Positions 37,441 through 50,463 of a stretch of DNA of 64,000 nucleotides are shown here, in pieces; the stretch's first letter is position 1, and each line of letters starts with the position of its first letter. The notes below the pieces were generated by a model that was not told the DNA's origin, ran no database searches, and saw only the letters and a program-made list of their open reading frames with translations. A program made the translations under genes and the position numbers. Source of the stretch: Octopus sinensis (lineage: Eukaryota); assembly GCF_006345805.1 (NCBI RefSeq), contig NC_043014.1, positions 47,368,001 to 47,432,000 of the forward strand. Direction: 5' to 3'.

Positions 37441-38199
37441 AATGCTGTGGCCAGCGGAGCCGACTCGGCACCAGACAACCTGGCCAATCCAAATGATTTG
37501 TATAATTTATCATTTAGGATTAGTTACACTTTGGCTGATATATATTCTGTAACCCTATTTGATGTATGTACAAATATATGTTGTACAATTAACCCTTGTT
37601 GAGATAAACGCTTGTGTGTGTATATAACGGAGGGTTAATCTTGTGAGAAATATTGTTGGTTCACAAACATTCTTCTGTTTATGAGACAATTACAAAATAC
37701 CATAGTAATTAATTAATTACTTGTATATAATAACATATATTTAGCATTGCTCTACAATAATTGGTGTGGAGCTGGTGGTAGTTATATAGCCCTGAGAGAG
37801 CGATAGAGACTTAACTAGTTTTGATCTGGTTAGGTGTCAATCAGTCCATTGCTGTTATCATGGGAACGGTAATGTTTAGTATCTTTCCTCTGTTATACAC
37901 CACCTCAGGTTTTCAAATTGTGGTTCAATTTTCACATTGACAAATAAATTTACTTTTATGTGGGGTATAAAAAATACAGAAAACTAAGGGGAGAATGCAC
38001 ATAGTTCATTTAACACGACCACTGTTTCTAGGAACTTGGAATTACATAATTGTTGTAATGTTCTTAATTAGCAGATGTAATATGCAAAAAGTCATGGATA
38101 TGCAGCCAGCAGAGTGATGCATAGAGCCATAATATTGGTTTCCGTCTTTGGGAAGGGAAAGTGGCAGATAGCCTGAACATACATACATACATGCACACA

Positions 38200-38500
38200 T
38201 ACATACATCACCATCCAAGCGTGATCGCTGCCAGAGCAGCTGACTGGTTCCTGTGCAGGTGGCACGTAAAAAACACCACCTGAGCATGGCCGTTGCCAGT
38301 GCTGCCTAACTGGCCCTCATGCCGGTGGGATGTAAAAGCACCCACTACACTCTCGGAGTGGTTGGCATTAGGAAGGGCATCCAGCTGTAGAAACTTTGCC
38401 AGATCAGATTGGAGCCCAGTGCAGCCATCTGGTTCGCTAGTCCTCAGTCAAATCGCCCAACCAATGCTAGCATGGAAAGCGGACGTTAAATGATGATGAA
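38200..38500 (+). mobile_element. SINE family C 3' part
   Basis: GGCACGTAAAAAACACC...GCTAGCATGGAAAGCGGACGTTAAATGATGATGA. Confidence 0.8.
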
Positions 38501-38507
38501 GACAATG

Positions 38508-38545
<38 letters not shown>

Positions 38546-38547
<2 letters not shown>

Positions 38548-38825
38548 CACATAGCTCAGTGGTTAGAGCATCGTGCTCACAATCATGAGGTAGTGAGTTC
38601 GATTCTTGCACCAGACTATGTGTTGCGTTCTTGAGCAAGAAATTTTTTATTTCATGTTGCTCCAGTTCTACTCAGCTGTAGAAATGAGTTGCAACGTCAC
38701 TGGTGCCAAGTTGTATCAGCTATTGCCTTTCCCTTGCATAACACAGGTGGTGTGGAGAAGAGAAGGCTGGTATGCATGGGTGACTTCTGGTCTTCCATAA
38801 ACAACCTTACCCAGGCTTGTTCTTC
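38546..38825 (+). mobile_element. tRNA-derived SINE family E
   Basis: TAGCTCAGTGGTTAGAGCA (A box), GAGTTCGATTC (B box), CTTGAGCAAG CORE-like motif. Confidence 0.7.
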
Positions 38826-38942
38826 AGAGGTGATTCATTACTGAAGACGGTCTTTACCCTTTGATATATATATATATTTCGTTTTTGGATTTGGTTTGCA
38901 AGATTCTTTATATGAGTTTGTGTGTTGAAGCATATTCTGTTG

Positions 38943-39163
38943 TGTCTGGGGAGAGTCATTTTCTTTTTGTGCCTTATAATGTAACACACACACCGGTAAA
39001 ATTTCCACTTATTTCTTACTTTTATTTTCCTAAAATTTTTGTTGCATCACGGTTGCAAGATGCAATGAAAATTTTAGGAAAATAAAAATTAGAAATAAGT
39101 GGAAATTGACCTGTGAGTGTGTTCCATTATCGGGCACAAAAAGAAAATGACTCTCCCCAGACA
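38943..39163. mobile_element. ~220-bp fold-back palindrome (MITE-like)
   Basis: Arms TGTCTGGGGAGAGTCATTTTC...CCTAAAATTTT / AAAATTTTAGG...GAAAATGACTCTCCCCAGACA around a central TTGCATC/GATGCAA stem. Confidence 0.8.
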
Positions 39164-39263
39164 AATAGTATATATATATGTGTGTGTGTGTGTATATATA
39201 TGTGTGTGTGTGTGTATATATATGTGCGTGTGTGTGTATATATATATATATGTGTGTGTGTAA

Positions 39264-39462
39264 TGTGACCGCGTGTGTACTGTTGGCGATATTTTTTTTT
39301 TCTTCTGTCTTCCCTTCTCTGGATCTTTCCTTCTCCTATGTTTCCGACGAAGAGATCCGCTCGAAACATTGAACCATCCTTCTTTCCTGAGCGTCCAATA
39401 ATACTATATTTGTTCCACGTCCTTGCGTTGTGTTTTTTTGTACTTTCATGTTTGGATTAACT
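39264..39462 (+). mobile_element. Family H element, copy 4
   Basis: GTTTCCGACGAAGAGATCCGCTCGAAACATTGAAC at 39340-39374. Confidence 0.75.
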
Positions 39463-39491
39463 ATATGTGTGTGTGTGTGTGTATGTATATG

Positions 39492-39526
<35 letters not shown>

Positions 39527-39741
39527 ATGCGCCTGTGTGTGTATATGTTTCTCTGCACCTGACAGCCAGTGTTGTATTGAATCACTGTTTACATGTGTGT
39601 AACAGTGGTACAGGCATAGGGGGCCGATAGAGTAAATACCAAGCATTAAGTAAGCCCTGGGGTTGACATGATCAACTGAAACCCCATCAAGGTGGTCCCT
39701 CAGCATGGCCATAATCCAGTGCCTGAAATAAGTAAAATATG

Positions 39742-39813
<72 letters not shown>

Positions 39814-40505
39814 GTGCCCCAGCATGGCCACAGCTTGTGAGCTGAAACTAGATAAAAAAAAAATATATATATATATGTGTGTGTGTATCTATCTCTATAT
39901 ATATATATATGTGTGTGTGTATCTATCTCTCTATATATATATATGCGTGTGTGTGTGTGTATCTATATATATATAAAGCATACATACATGTATGTGTGTG
40001 TGTGTCTGCACCACGACTACTATTCACTCCTTCCTTCAGTGCTTTAATCAATGTCACATGTTTCACAAGTCTATTTTAAAAATGGCCTAATATTTTCCAT
40101 GTGTGAAATGATGGAAAATGTCAACAGTTTGGGTTGAAGTAGTCAGTGGTAGTGTTGTTGTTAGTGGTGATGCTGGTTGTGGACGTGGTGTTAGTAAAGG
40201 TTAGATTGTGGGAGGTTGCGTAGTACCCCCTCATACTACAACCACCACTACTACTACTACTCCTACCACCACCACCACTACCCTAGTCTCTGTACCATTA
40301 TGTGGTGATGGTTGCGTGTAACATTGTCATTACCATAGTTACTGTTACCACTGCTATAACTGTGACAACCACCACAGTCAAAATTATGTATCTATATATA
40401 TATAACTGTGTGTATATGCATGTTTGTATATGTGTTTACCGCAAACTTTAATTTGTATGTTTGTGTGCTTGCATGTACATATGTTAGTGTGTGTATATAT
40501 ATATA

Positions 40506-40899
40506 TAGGCGTTGGAGTGGCTGTGTAGTAAGTAGCTTGCTTACCAACTACATGGTTACTGGTTCAGTCCCACTGTGTGGCACCATGGGCATGTGTCTTC
40601 TGCTATAGCCTCAGGCCGACCAAAGCCTTGTGAGTGGATTTGGTAGATGGAAACTGAAAGAAACCCGTTGTGTATATATATATATATATATATATGTTTG
40701 TGTGTCTGTGTTTGTTCCCCCAACATTGCTTGACAACCAATGCTGGTGTGTTTACGTCACCATAACTTAGCGGTTTGGCAAAAGAGACTGATAGAATAAG
40801 TACCAGGCTTACAAAGAATAAGTCCTGGGGTCGAATTGCTCAACTAAAGGCAGTGCTCCAGGATGGCCACAGTCAAATGACTGAAACAAGTAAAAGAGT
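40506..40899 (+). mobile_element. SINE family A
   Basis: Full-length match. Confidence 0.85.
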
Positions 40900-41086
40900 A
40901 TATATATATATGTATGTATACTAACATATATCAGTGTATATATATATCCATTTATATGTTATTTTGTGTGTATGTGTTTGTGAATGTATGTTAGTGTATA
41001 GGTTTGTGTGTGTGTGAATCTAGTTTCTGATCAATGAACTATTTTACCTGAACGTCACACCTGTTGAAAGTATTTGATCTTTACAG

Positions 41087-41135
41087 GTGTGATGATGGGA
41101 GGTCGGAGGCCAGTGACCTATTAACTAGTGACTAA
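41087..41135 (+). CDS. Candidate terminal exon (R)CDDGRSEASDLLTSD*
   Basis: Acceptor TATTTGATCTTTACAG; phase 2 is compatible with exon 30918-31000; stop TAA at 41133-41135. Confidence 0.3.
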
Positions 41136-41429
41136 CCATCATTACCCTTTAATATATCTTATTTAACACATGTACTGATCACTTGACTCTATAAACTGCA
41201 CCACAGCTCTGCATAACATCCACTGAAATGGGTGGAACAGTTTGCCTGATATGTCCACTAAAGTGTATGGGATTGTCTGGTATGTCCCCTAATTATCTTA
41301 ATCATCCAGGCGTTTGCACTGAATCCCGTGACCTTCTGTCATCATTCATTTTTATTGTTCATTATTTTCGGCTGGTCAGAGGGATTGCAGTTTATGTCAT
41401 CACAAATCTGCTTGATGAAGGTGAGGGGC

Positions 41430-41637
41430 TTTCTCCGTCCGGGTTGCGGATCCGTGGAATAAGCTGCCGGACGAGATAGTGAAGATGCCGACGACCACTC
41501 GGTTCAAAGTCTCTCTTGACCAGAAATGGCCTGAACTCTTTGCATGAACACCTTCCCTGTACATAACTCCATGTCCCCACCTACATGGCCTTGCTTTTTG
41601 CTTTTTGAGCCAAAAAATTAACTTAACTTAACTTAAC
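41430..41637 (+). mobile_element. CR1/L2-type LINE 3' end with (TTAAC)n tail
   Basis: FSVRVADPWNKLPDEIVKMPTTTRFKVSLDQKWPELFA*. Confidence 0.85.
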
Positions 41638-41802
41638 ATAGGCCGTGGCTTGTCATCCTCTAGTAGCTCTTCCTTGTGTAGGCTCTCACAAAAGAACTTC
41701 ACTAATTTCGTCTTTAGCTCTCCAGCGATGTCCTGTGAATCTGACTCTACACTCTTTGATAATGTCTGCTACTGGATGAATGTTCTTATACAATCACTCA
41801 TT

Positions 41803-42007
41803 ACTCTTTTACTTCTTTCAGTCATCTGACCGTGGCCATGCTGGAGCACCGCCTTTTAATCGAGCAACTCGACCCCTGGACTTATTCTTTTTGTAAGCCC
41901 AGTACTTATTCTATCGGTCTCTTTTGCCAAACTGCTAAGTAACGGGGACATAAACACACCAGCATCGGTTGTCAAGCAATGCTAGGGGGACAAACACAGA
42001 CACACAA

Positions 42008-42042
<35 letters not shown>

Positions 42043-42216
42043 CATATATATACGACGGGCTTCTTTCAGTTTCCGTCTACCAAATCCACTCACAAGGCTT
42101 TGGTCGGCCCGAGGCTATAGCAGAAGACACTTGCCCAAGGTGCCACGCATTGGGACTGAACCCAGAACCATGTGGCTGGTAAACAAGCTACTTACCACAC
42201 AGCCACTCCTGCGCCT
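41803..42216 (-). mobile_element. SINE family A
   Basis: Full-length match. Confidence 0.85.
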
Positions 42217-42224
42217 AGATCTCT

Positions 42225-42480
42225 CTCCGGGTGACATTCAAAACCACTCTTAGCATGCGAGTGTGGCCTCCATCCAATCTTCTTTACAATTTTGAGGTAA
42301 GAACAGAGGCAGCAGTTGCTTGGAAGAGACTCCTCTTCATGTTGTCTAGAAGCCTAGATTTTCAAGCAGAAACCCTTCTCCGTAGTCTTGAGCATTCAGT
42401 CAGAGCTATCAGCCTGCATGTTAACTCAGACAAAACAGTACATAAATCAAAATAGAGCAATCAAAAACAGTATCTGGCAA
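42225..42480. mobile_element. RTE-X-like LINE remnants in opposite orientations
   Basis: Minus strand LDGGHTRMLRVVLNV (~42232-42278); plus strand QAETLLRSLEHSVRAISLHVNSDKT (~42360-42440). Confidence 0.55.
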
Positions 42481-42904
42481 CCCCCCAACTGTAATGGACT
42501 AGCTCGCTCCTACCAAATTTAAGGTCTTGTACCTATAGTAGAAATGATCGGCCAGTATAAATGGACCAATTCTGGGGTTTCACCTGTAATTGAAAAAGGT
42601 ATTATAAAAGGAGAAAGGGACTCTCTATCCCCTTTTGACCAGGCTCCCGTGGTTTTTATGGGTTTTTCCACATGAGACCTTTTCTTTTTTTGAAGCGTCT
42701 CCTCTATTGGGAGTTTTTTGTTGTTAAAATTTTTGATTGTTGAACTGCTTTTTACTCTTTTTTTTTTTTTCACAAACGGACAAAACCTTTTGTAACCTTT
42801 CGTCCTGTTTTGTCCCTTTATGTTTTCCAATCATATTTGTCAGCCCTTGTGACCAATAAAAAGAATTAATTATTATCATCATCATCATCATCATTATTAT
42901 TATT

Positions 42905-43110
42905 ATGGCAGCAAGCTGGCAGAATTGTTAGCATGCTGGACAAAATGCTTAGCAGTATTTTGCCTGTTCTGAGTTCAAATTCAACTGAGGTCAACTTGAT
43001 TTTTTCATCCTTTCAGGGGTCAATAAATTAAGCACCAGTGAAACACTAGGGTCAGTGGTAATCGACTATCTCCCTCCCCACAAATTCCAGGCCTTGTGCC
43101 AAAATTTGAA
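42905..43110 (+). mobile_element. SINE family B, diverged
   Basis: Family B core. Confidence 0.7.
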
Positions 43111-43725
43111 ATCATCACCATCATCATCATCATCATCATATTATTTTTATTATTATTATTATTAGACTAACCCCTCCCCTCAAATTTGTTGGCCTTGTGC
43201 CTGAATTAGAAAGACTATCATTATTTATATAGCTCAACTAGTGAAAAAAAAGCCTAATAGGTTTTATTCTTTGTTTACTATTTCCTCATTGGTTCCCAAG
43301 CACTATTCTCTGACAAGGAAATATAATGTAGAGCCTGTGTTCTCTCCTGCATTTTCGTCTGCTTTTCCTTTCTCTTTTTTTCTATTAAAAAAATTTTTTT
43401 TTTTTTTGGTTGCCTCTCACTAAATTGGTCAAATGTTTGCACTATTCAGTTCCATCTATTTACATCAAGAATTCAAATCTTGCCAAAATTGACTTTGTCT
43501 GTCATTTAGCCAGAGTTGAACAATTAAACTTGCTGCACTCACTTTAATTGGTTGTTACCCTCTTCTTCTTCTTTGACTATATCATTACTATTATTATTAT
43601 TATTATTATTCCACGGGTCTTGCTGGTTATTATTATGGAGACTGGCAAGTCTGGTGAGGCTGAATGGATCTACTCTGACTGTGTTTTTCTGAATAGGAGG
43701 AAAGAACCTGAAAGACTGAGAAAGG

Positions 43726-44126
43726 CTGAGGACGCTCGACCTTTATTCTCTTGAAAAACGCCGCCGCCGTGGTGATCTCATTCTCGCCCACAACATCATA
43801 AGCGGAAAGTGTAACCTCTCGAAAGAGCTGTTCTTCACTCCTGCTCCAGAGCGTCGGCTGCGGGGTCATTCCGAAAAGCTCTACCTGCGACGATTTCATC
43901 TCAATCGAAGGAGAGGAGCTTTCTCCGTCCGGGTTGCGGATCCGTGGAACAAGCTGCCAGACGAGATGGTGAAGATGCCGACGACCGCTTTGTTCAAAGC
44001 CTCCCTTGACCTCAAGTGGCCTGAACTCTTTACATGAACACCACCCTGTACTTAGCTCCATGTCCCCCTACATGGCCTTGCTATTTGCTTTTGAGCCAAA
44101 TTAACTAACTAACTAACTAACTAACT
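43726..44126 (+). mobile_element. CR1/L2-type LINE 3' end (104-codon ORF2 tail, (TAAC)n)
   Basis: LRTLDLYSLEKRRRRGDLILAHNIISG...RLRGHSEKL...PWNKLP...WPELFT* at 43726-44037. Confidence 0.9.
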
Positions 44127-44385
44127 GTCCTTCCCATGCTGTTTGTCTGGAGTTTACACCGAATTACCCCAAGTGGGCTACTCTGCTACTGAGAATTTTG
44201 TTTATTAATTAATAATTATTATATATTTTTCTAATTTCTATTTATTTATCACTTTGTTATATCCTTTATCATTGTACAGTGTTTCCCCTTGGTCTATGTT
44301 TTGTGTGTCGTGTCTTGTCCTTTGACATTGTCCTCCATGTCTTGAGCCCTTGTGGCCAATAAAAGAATCTTTATTATCGTTGTTG

Positions 44386-45270
44386 TTAAGGCGGTGAGCT
44401 GGCACAAACGTTAGCACGCTGGGCGAAATGCGTAGCCGTATTTCGTCTGCCGCTACGTTCTGAGTTCAAATTCCACCGAGGTCGACTTTGCCTTTCATCC
44501 TTTCGGGGTCGATAAATTAAGTACCAGTTACGCACTAGGGTCGATGTAATCGATTTAATCCCTTTGTATGTCCTTGTTTGTCCCCTCTATGTTTAGCCCC
44601 TTGTGGGCAATAAAGAAATAAGAATCGTTAGCACGCTGGACAAAATGCTTAGCAGTATTTTCCCGATGCTATCTTCTGAGTTCAAATTCCACCATGGTCG
44701 ACTTTGCTTTTCATCCTTTTGGGGTCAGAAAATTAAGTACCAGTGCAACACTGGGATCAATGTAATCAACTATACTCCTCCCCCAAATTTCTGGCCTTGT
44801 GCCTACAGTAGAAAGGATTTTTATTACTATTGTTGTTCTTATTATTATTATTATTATAAGGTGAGCTGGCAGAATTGTTAGCATGCCAGACAAAATGCTT
44901 AGTGGTATTTTGCCCATCGCTGCATTTCGGGGTCGATAAATTAAGTACCAGTTGAGTACTGGGGTCGCTCTAATCGACTTAACCCCTCCCCCAAATTTTC
45001 AGGCCTTGTACTTTTAATAGAAAGGATTATTATTATTATTATTATTATTATTAAAGGTGGTGAGCTGGCAAAATTGTTAGCATGCAGGGCAAAATGCTTA
45101 GTGGCATTTCATCTGTCTCTATGTTCTGAGTTCGAATTCCACCAAAGTCAGCTTTGCCTTTCATCCTTTCAGGGTTGATGAATTAAGTGCCAGTTGAGTA
45201 CTGGGGTTGATGTAATCGACTTAACCCCTTTCCCTAAATTTGAGGCCTTGTGCCTGCAGTGGAAAGGATT
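44386..45270 (+). mobile_element. SINE family B, four head-to-tail copies
   Basis: Units at about 44386, 44620, 44860 (internally deleted) and 45055, mostly separated by (ATT)n. Confidence 0.85.
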
Positions 45271-46369
45271 ATTATTATTATTATTGCCATCAAGCGTGGT
45301 AATAGAAAATTTTTAACCAGGTTTCTAATCCTCACTAAGTCCGGTTAACCCTTTGCTGATAATTAATGTGGTTTATAGAAATCACTTGTACTAGTTTTCC
45401 TTTCTGATCAACAAGTGGTGTCTTTGATGAGACATGAACATTACCACATCTCTCAGTGTAGCACCCAGCATTCTGCAAACAGAAAAATAAAATAAATCAA
45501 TGCAGTCAGTTGCTTAAATACATCATCTGCATTACAAAGCAATAGTTAAGTCAGTGTTAGCAAGTTTAATGAGAATTAAATACCAAATTAGATATAATTA
45601 CATGGGGAAAGAAAAACATTAACTTAATATTATCTTAATCTGATTTTAGCAAGTATGGGAAATTACTCTGGCAGTGTTTTGGTCTTATGACACTCCTTCA
45701 GCAAAATAAACTTCACTAGATTTGCTAAGGATGAATCAGTAAATAGATGTTGCCATCATCATCATCATCAAACTTTAGAAGATGACGTGTGAGGAATGCT
45801 TGGTGGAGAAGACTGGGTGTGGAGGCATAAATAAAATGTTCTTAGGACCTTATTTACTCTGTAACCAACAAGCTTAGCTGTGTTCCTCACATAGCTATTG
45901 TTTTTCAAGAATCCATTTAATTAACTAAATTCGTTGCTTTAAATATGCTAATATTCAACATCTTGATTCTCTACAATAATTGTATGCACTGCGACACCCT
46001 GCCATCAATTCTTCAATAAGGACAAGGACATGTTTCACTACAGAGGTTTAATAAAACTGAAATATGTCCCCAGTTGTCTCCCCTGTCTGCTGAAATAATT
46101 AAAGTAACACTTGTCATTTAGCTAATGTCTTTTTCACTGCATAATTAATTCTAATAACTTTTACCATTTACTCACTACAATATGTTAACACTAATGAAAT
46201 ACTAGTCCAGATTAGCAGAGTTATTGGAGAATTAATTGGATAAAATGATTTTTCAATGTTATCTTTTATCTTTTACTTGTTCTGGTCATTCAAGTGTGGC
46301 CATGCTAGGGCACCACTGTGAAGAATTTTAGTCAAATGAACCAAGCCCAGTACTTTGGTGTGGGTGCTG

Positions 46370-46566
46370 GTGCCACGTACAAAGCACCAGTGATGACACC
46401 ATGGAAAAGCACCCAGTACAGTCTGTAAAGGAAGGGCATCCAGCTGTAGAGACCAAGTCAAAACAGGCTATGGAACCTGGTGTGGACCCTGGCCTTGCCA
46501 GTTCCCGTCAAACCGTCCAACCCATGCCAGCATGGAAAATGGACATTAATCAATGATGATGATGAT
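46370..46566 (+). mobile_element. SINE family C fragment
   Basis: GGTGCCACGTACAAAGCACC...CCGTCCAACCCATGCCAGCATGGAAAATGGAC...(GAT)n. Confidence 0.7.
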
Positions 46567-46689
46567 GATTCTCCTTATTCTTTTCTCTTGTATATTCGAT
46601 ATGCTTTATACTATGACAAACTGAGGAGCTTTTTATTTTTTAATGACTACCACCAGATTACTTGAATCCATATATTGTGACTTCTGTAT

Positions 46690-46842
46690 ATGTGTGTATG
46701 TGTGTTAGACAGCCTGTCTTCAATTTCTATTTATCAAATCCGCTCTCAAGGCTTTGATCAGCTCAAGGCTATATAGTAGAAGCAGGCCGCCGGAACCATG
46801 TGGTTGGAAAGCGAGCTTCTCACCACACAGCCATGCCTGCTG
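46690..46842 (-). mobile_element. SINE family A head, diverged
   Basis: GGAACCATGTGGTTGG...CCACACAGCCA. Confidence 0.6.
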
Positions 46843-47159
46843 CACCTATAAATATCATGTAAATGTTTAAGGAAATCCCCATGTGTCGTTTGTTGATTTG
46901 ATAGCGCAAAGAAGGAAGAATGGATAGCCACAACTAAAACAACAGATATTGATTTCGCTCGCGACTGAAAGCAAAAAAATACACACATCACGCAATCAAA
47001 ACTCATTAACAATTTATAGACCATGTCTGACTGACTGACTTGCTGTCTGTCAGTCTGTCTGTCTGTCTGTGTATCTCTGTCTCTCTATCTCTCTCTCTCT
47101 CTCTTCTCCCTTTTCCTTTTTTCTTATGTAACCTAAGAAATATATCAACTACCGCTGAC

Positions 47160-47965
47160 ACTGTCATCATCATCATCATCATCATCATCATCGTCACTAC
47201 CACAACCACCACCGTGATCATCACCGTCACCACCAACACTTTCATCACCATCACTCCTCCGCCAGCACCATCACTCCACTTTCACTCTCTGCCATCACCA
47301 TCATCACCCCCCCGCCCCACTGTCACCATCACTCCCAACTGTCACCATCACTCCCCACTGTCACCATCACTCCCCACTGTCACCATCACTCCCCACTGTC
47401 GCCATCACTCCCTACTGTTACCGTCACTCCCCACTGTTACCGTCACTCTCCACTGTCGCCGTCACTCTCCACTGTCGCCGTCACTCTCCACTGTCGCCGT
47501 CACTCTCCACTGTCGCCGTCACTCCCCACTGTCGCCGTCACTCCCCACTGTCGCCATCACTCCCCACTGTCGCCATCACTCCCCACTGTCGCCATCACTC
47601 CCCACTGTCGCCATCACTCCCCACTGTCGCCATCACTCCCCACTGTCGCCATCACTCCCCACTGTCACCATCATTCTCCACTGTCACCATCACTCTCCAC
47701 TGTCGTCATCACTCTCCACTGTCGTCATCACTCTCCACTGTCGCCATCACTCTCCACTGTCGCCATCACTCCCCACTGTCGCCGTCACTCTCCACTGTCA
47801 CCATCACTCCCAACTGTCACATCACTCCCCACTGTCACCATCACATCACTCCCCACTGTCACCATCACTCCTCACTGTCACCATCACTCCTCACTGTCAC
47901 CATCACTCCCAACTGTCACCATCACTCTCGCTGTCAACACAATCACCATCATCATCATCATCGTC
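47160..47965. repeat. 19-bp minisatellite within CAC/CAT low complexity
   Basis: Unit ACTCCCCACTGTCGCCATC; produces the 330-aa ORF with a 19-aa period. Confidence 0.9.
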
Positions 47966-48950
47966 ATCATTGGCTTTAAGTCAGCAAGGATGCTTCTATG
48001 TAATTTCTCAACTTATGAGAAATAGCAGCTAAACCTGCCTCAAATTATTTCCAGCTGTCTTACAGGATGAGGACGAACACATTGGACAGTCATGGCTGGA
48101 ATGCCTTTGATCTCGGGGTTTGCTGGAGCAGGGTTGACCTGCAGCTAAACAACAGCAGCAATCATTTTTGCCTTCATTGTTCGCAGTGTTTCAATTATGG
48201 TGGAATAATTGGCATTAGACTCGGGTTTGGTGATGGGGTGGCGGTGACGGTGGGAAAAATGATGGATATGACGATGATTGTGGTGGTGGTTAGGGTGGTA
48301 GTGATGAGGATGCTGATGGTGGTGATGGAGGTAGTGATATATGCAGCTATAAATAGCCAGACTCGGCAGTGACATGAAGATAATAAAACTACAGAAATAT
48401 TGTTTAACATTTGATGTTGTTTATAAAAGAGGGGTGTGAGGGGTGGGGGGATGATAGGTGGAGTTGGAATTCACTGGAGATAACCACTTTAACACACACA
48501 CACACACACGCATGCACACGTATCCTAGTCACTCTCACCCCATCTCACAAAACAGAAATCCTGGATGGACACACACAAACACACTCAGACTCTCTCACAC
48601 ACACTCACTCTCTCACATGCACAAACACACTCAGACACACACAAGCACACACACACACAATCACTAACACTCACACAATACATACAACACAAAACAGACA
48701 CAATACAATATAACACAATAACACACACACACACTCACAAACACACACGCTCACAAATACACACACACACACTCACAAATACACACACAACTCAGACTCT
48801 CCTACATGCACAAACACACTCAGACACACACAAGCACACTTACACACACACACAAACACACAGCCACTAACACACACATGCACTAACACAATCACTAACA
48901 CTCACACAATACATACAACACAAAACACATACAATACAATATAACACAAT

Positions 48951-48992
<42 letters not shown>

Positions 48993-49689
48993 CTATCAGA
49001 TATTTTGTCTGACAAACACACACACACACACACACACTAGTAAACAATGATACAATCACCCCCCACAATGGCTGCTGCTGCTGCTGTTACTTTGATATTA
49101 AAATATTTCCCCCTAAAAATACTTTTCTATATACATTCTGCCTGCCTGCCTGCCTGCCTGTGCATCTGTTTGCCTTTAATTCTATTTCCTCTTCCTCCTG
49201 CTCCTTTATACATACATACACACACACACATTATACACCCACCCCAAACACACATTTGTATATGTGTGTATACATGTAATATATAAATGCATATACACAC
49301 ATATATACACACACAGTATATGGCTTACATATGTGCCTCTGGGTTTAAACGGAAAAGGAAGACATACATAAATGTTGTGTTTATCCTAGAGGCCTTATTT
49401 AAAAATTCCCCATCCACCATAACATGTCTGACCATATATGGAAGTAAAGTCCCCCACCCACCATCTAAACATCACCCCCCCCCACCGCAATCACTGCCAG
49501 TCTAGTACCAACTTTCTACAAGTTTTCTTTCTAAGTATATTTCCTTACCCCCTACTATCACTATTTCACCACATAACTATCCATATATGGAAATGACTGT
49601 TAAAGGGTCAGTGAGAGGGGGGGAGGTGTCTATCCCCCAATCGGTCCCTACTTACTCCCTCAAGTAACTGGTTACCTTAGTATTACATC

Positions 49690-49890
49690 TTCCTGGCAGA
49701 ATTGTTAGCGTGCTGGACAAAAGTGCTAAGTGGCATTTCGTCCATCTTTGTTCTGAGTTCAAATTCTGCTGAGGTCAACTTTGCCTTTCGTTCTTCCAGG
49801 GTTGATAAAATACAAAGCAGTTGAACATTGGGGTCAATGTAATCAACTTCCCCCCCCTCCAAAATTGCTGACCTTGTGCCAAAATTTGAT
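49690..49890 (+). mobile_element. SINE family B
   Basis: Family B core. Confidence 0.75.
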
Positions 49891-50463
49891 ACCAACATTA
49901 CATCTTCTTTGTAGTCTTGGCTCCTCCATGTCCTCAAACTTGGTTCAGTCACCATGGCCACATGTTCTTGAATTTGGTTCAGTTGCCATGACGACACATT
50001 CCTCTTGTTGCTTGTTCACCAATGATGACGACCACATGTTACCTCAACTAACACATTCCTAATCTTTTACCGACTAATCCTCCATGTTGCCAGTTTGTTA
50101 CCTGTCACAGCTACATGTGATTAGTGATGGAGTGAAAGCTAAGTGTTAATGAGTAAACAAATATAGCCACATGTTTAGTTTTGAGTGAGACCAGAATTGA
50201 CAAGGCTTTAAGACCTACTTTACATTGTATCGGTTGGATGGATGTTTGAAGTAACTGAGCTCATATTAACCGTTTTGATACCAACCTGAAACCACTTCCA
50301 GTTCCAAGATACAAACATCCTGTTTTAAAGTGCTCTAAATTAAAACTGTTCATCAAGGTTACATGATAATTTATATTCCAAACACCAGCTTAACACTTTA
50401 GCATTCAGATTATTGTCAAATGTAAAACTTATTTGTTCACAGAGTAATTATAACAGAGTAAAT

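Noticed and set aside
38546-38615. tRNA gene (CAC anticodon-like loop)
   Set aside because: The acceptor stem does not close and the sequence continues into a SINE body; all tRNA-like heads here are SINE promoters.
48051-48109. Terminal exon AVLQDEDEHIGQSWLECL*
   Set aside because: Overlaps a dispersed repeat motif (GATCAA(A/G)GGCATTCCAGCCATGAC) also seen near 12690-12715.
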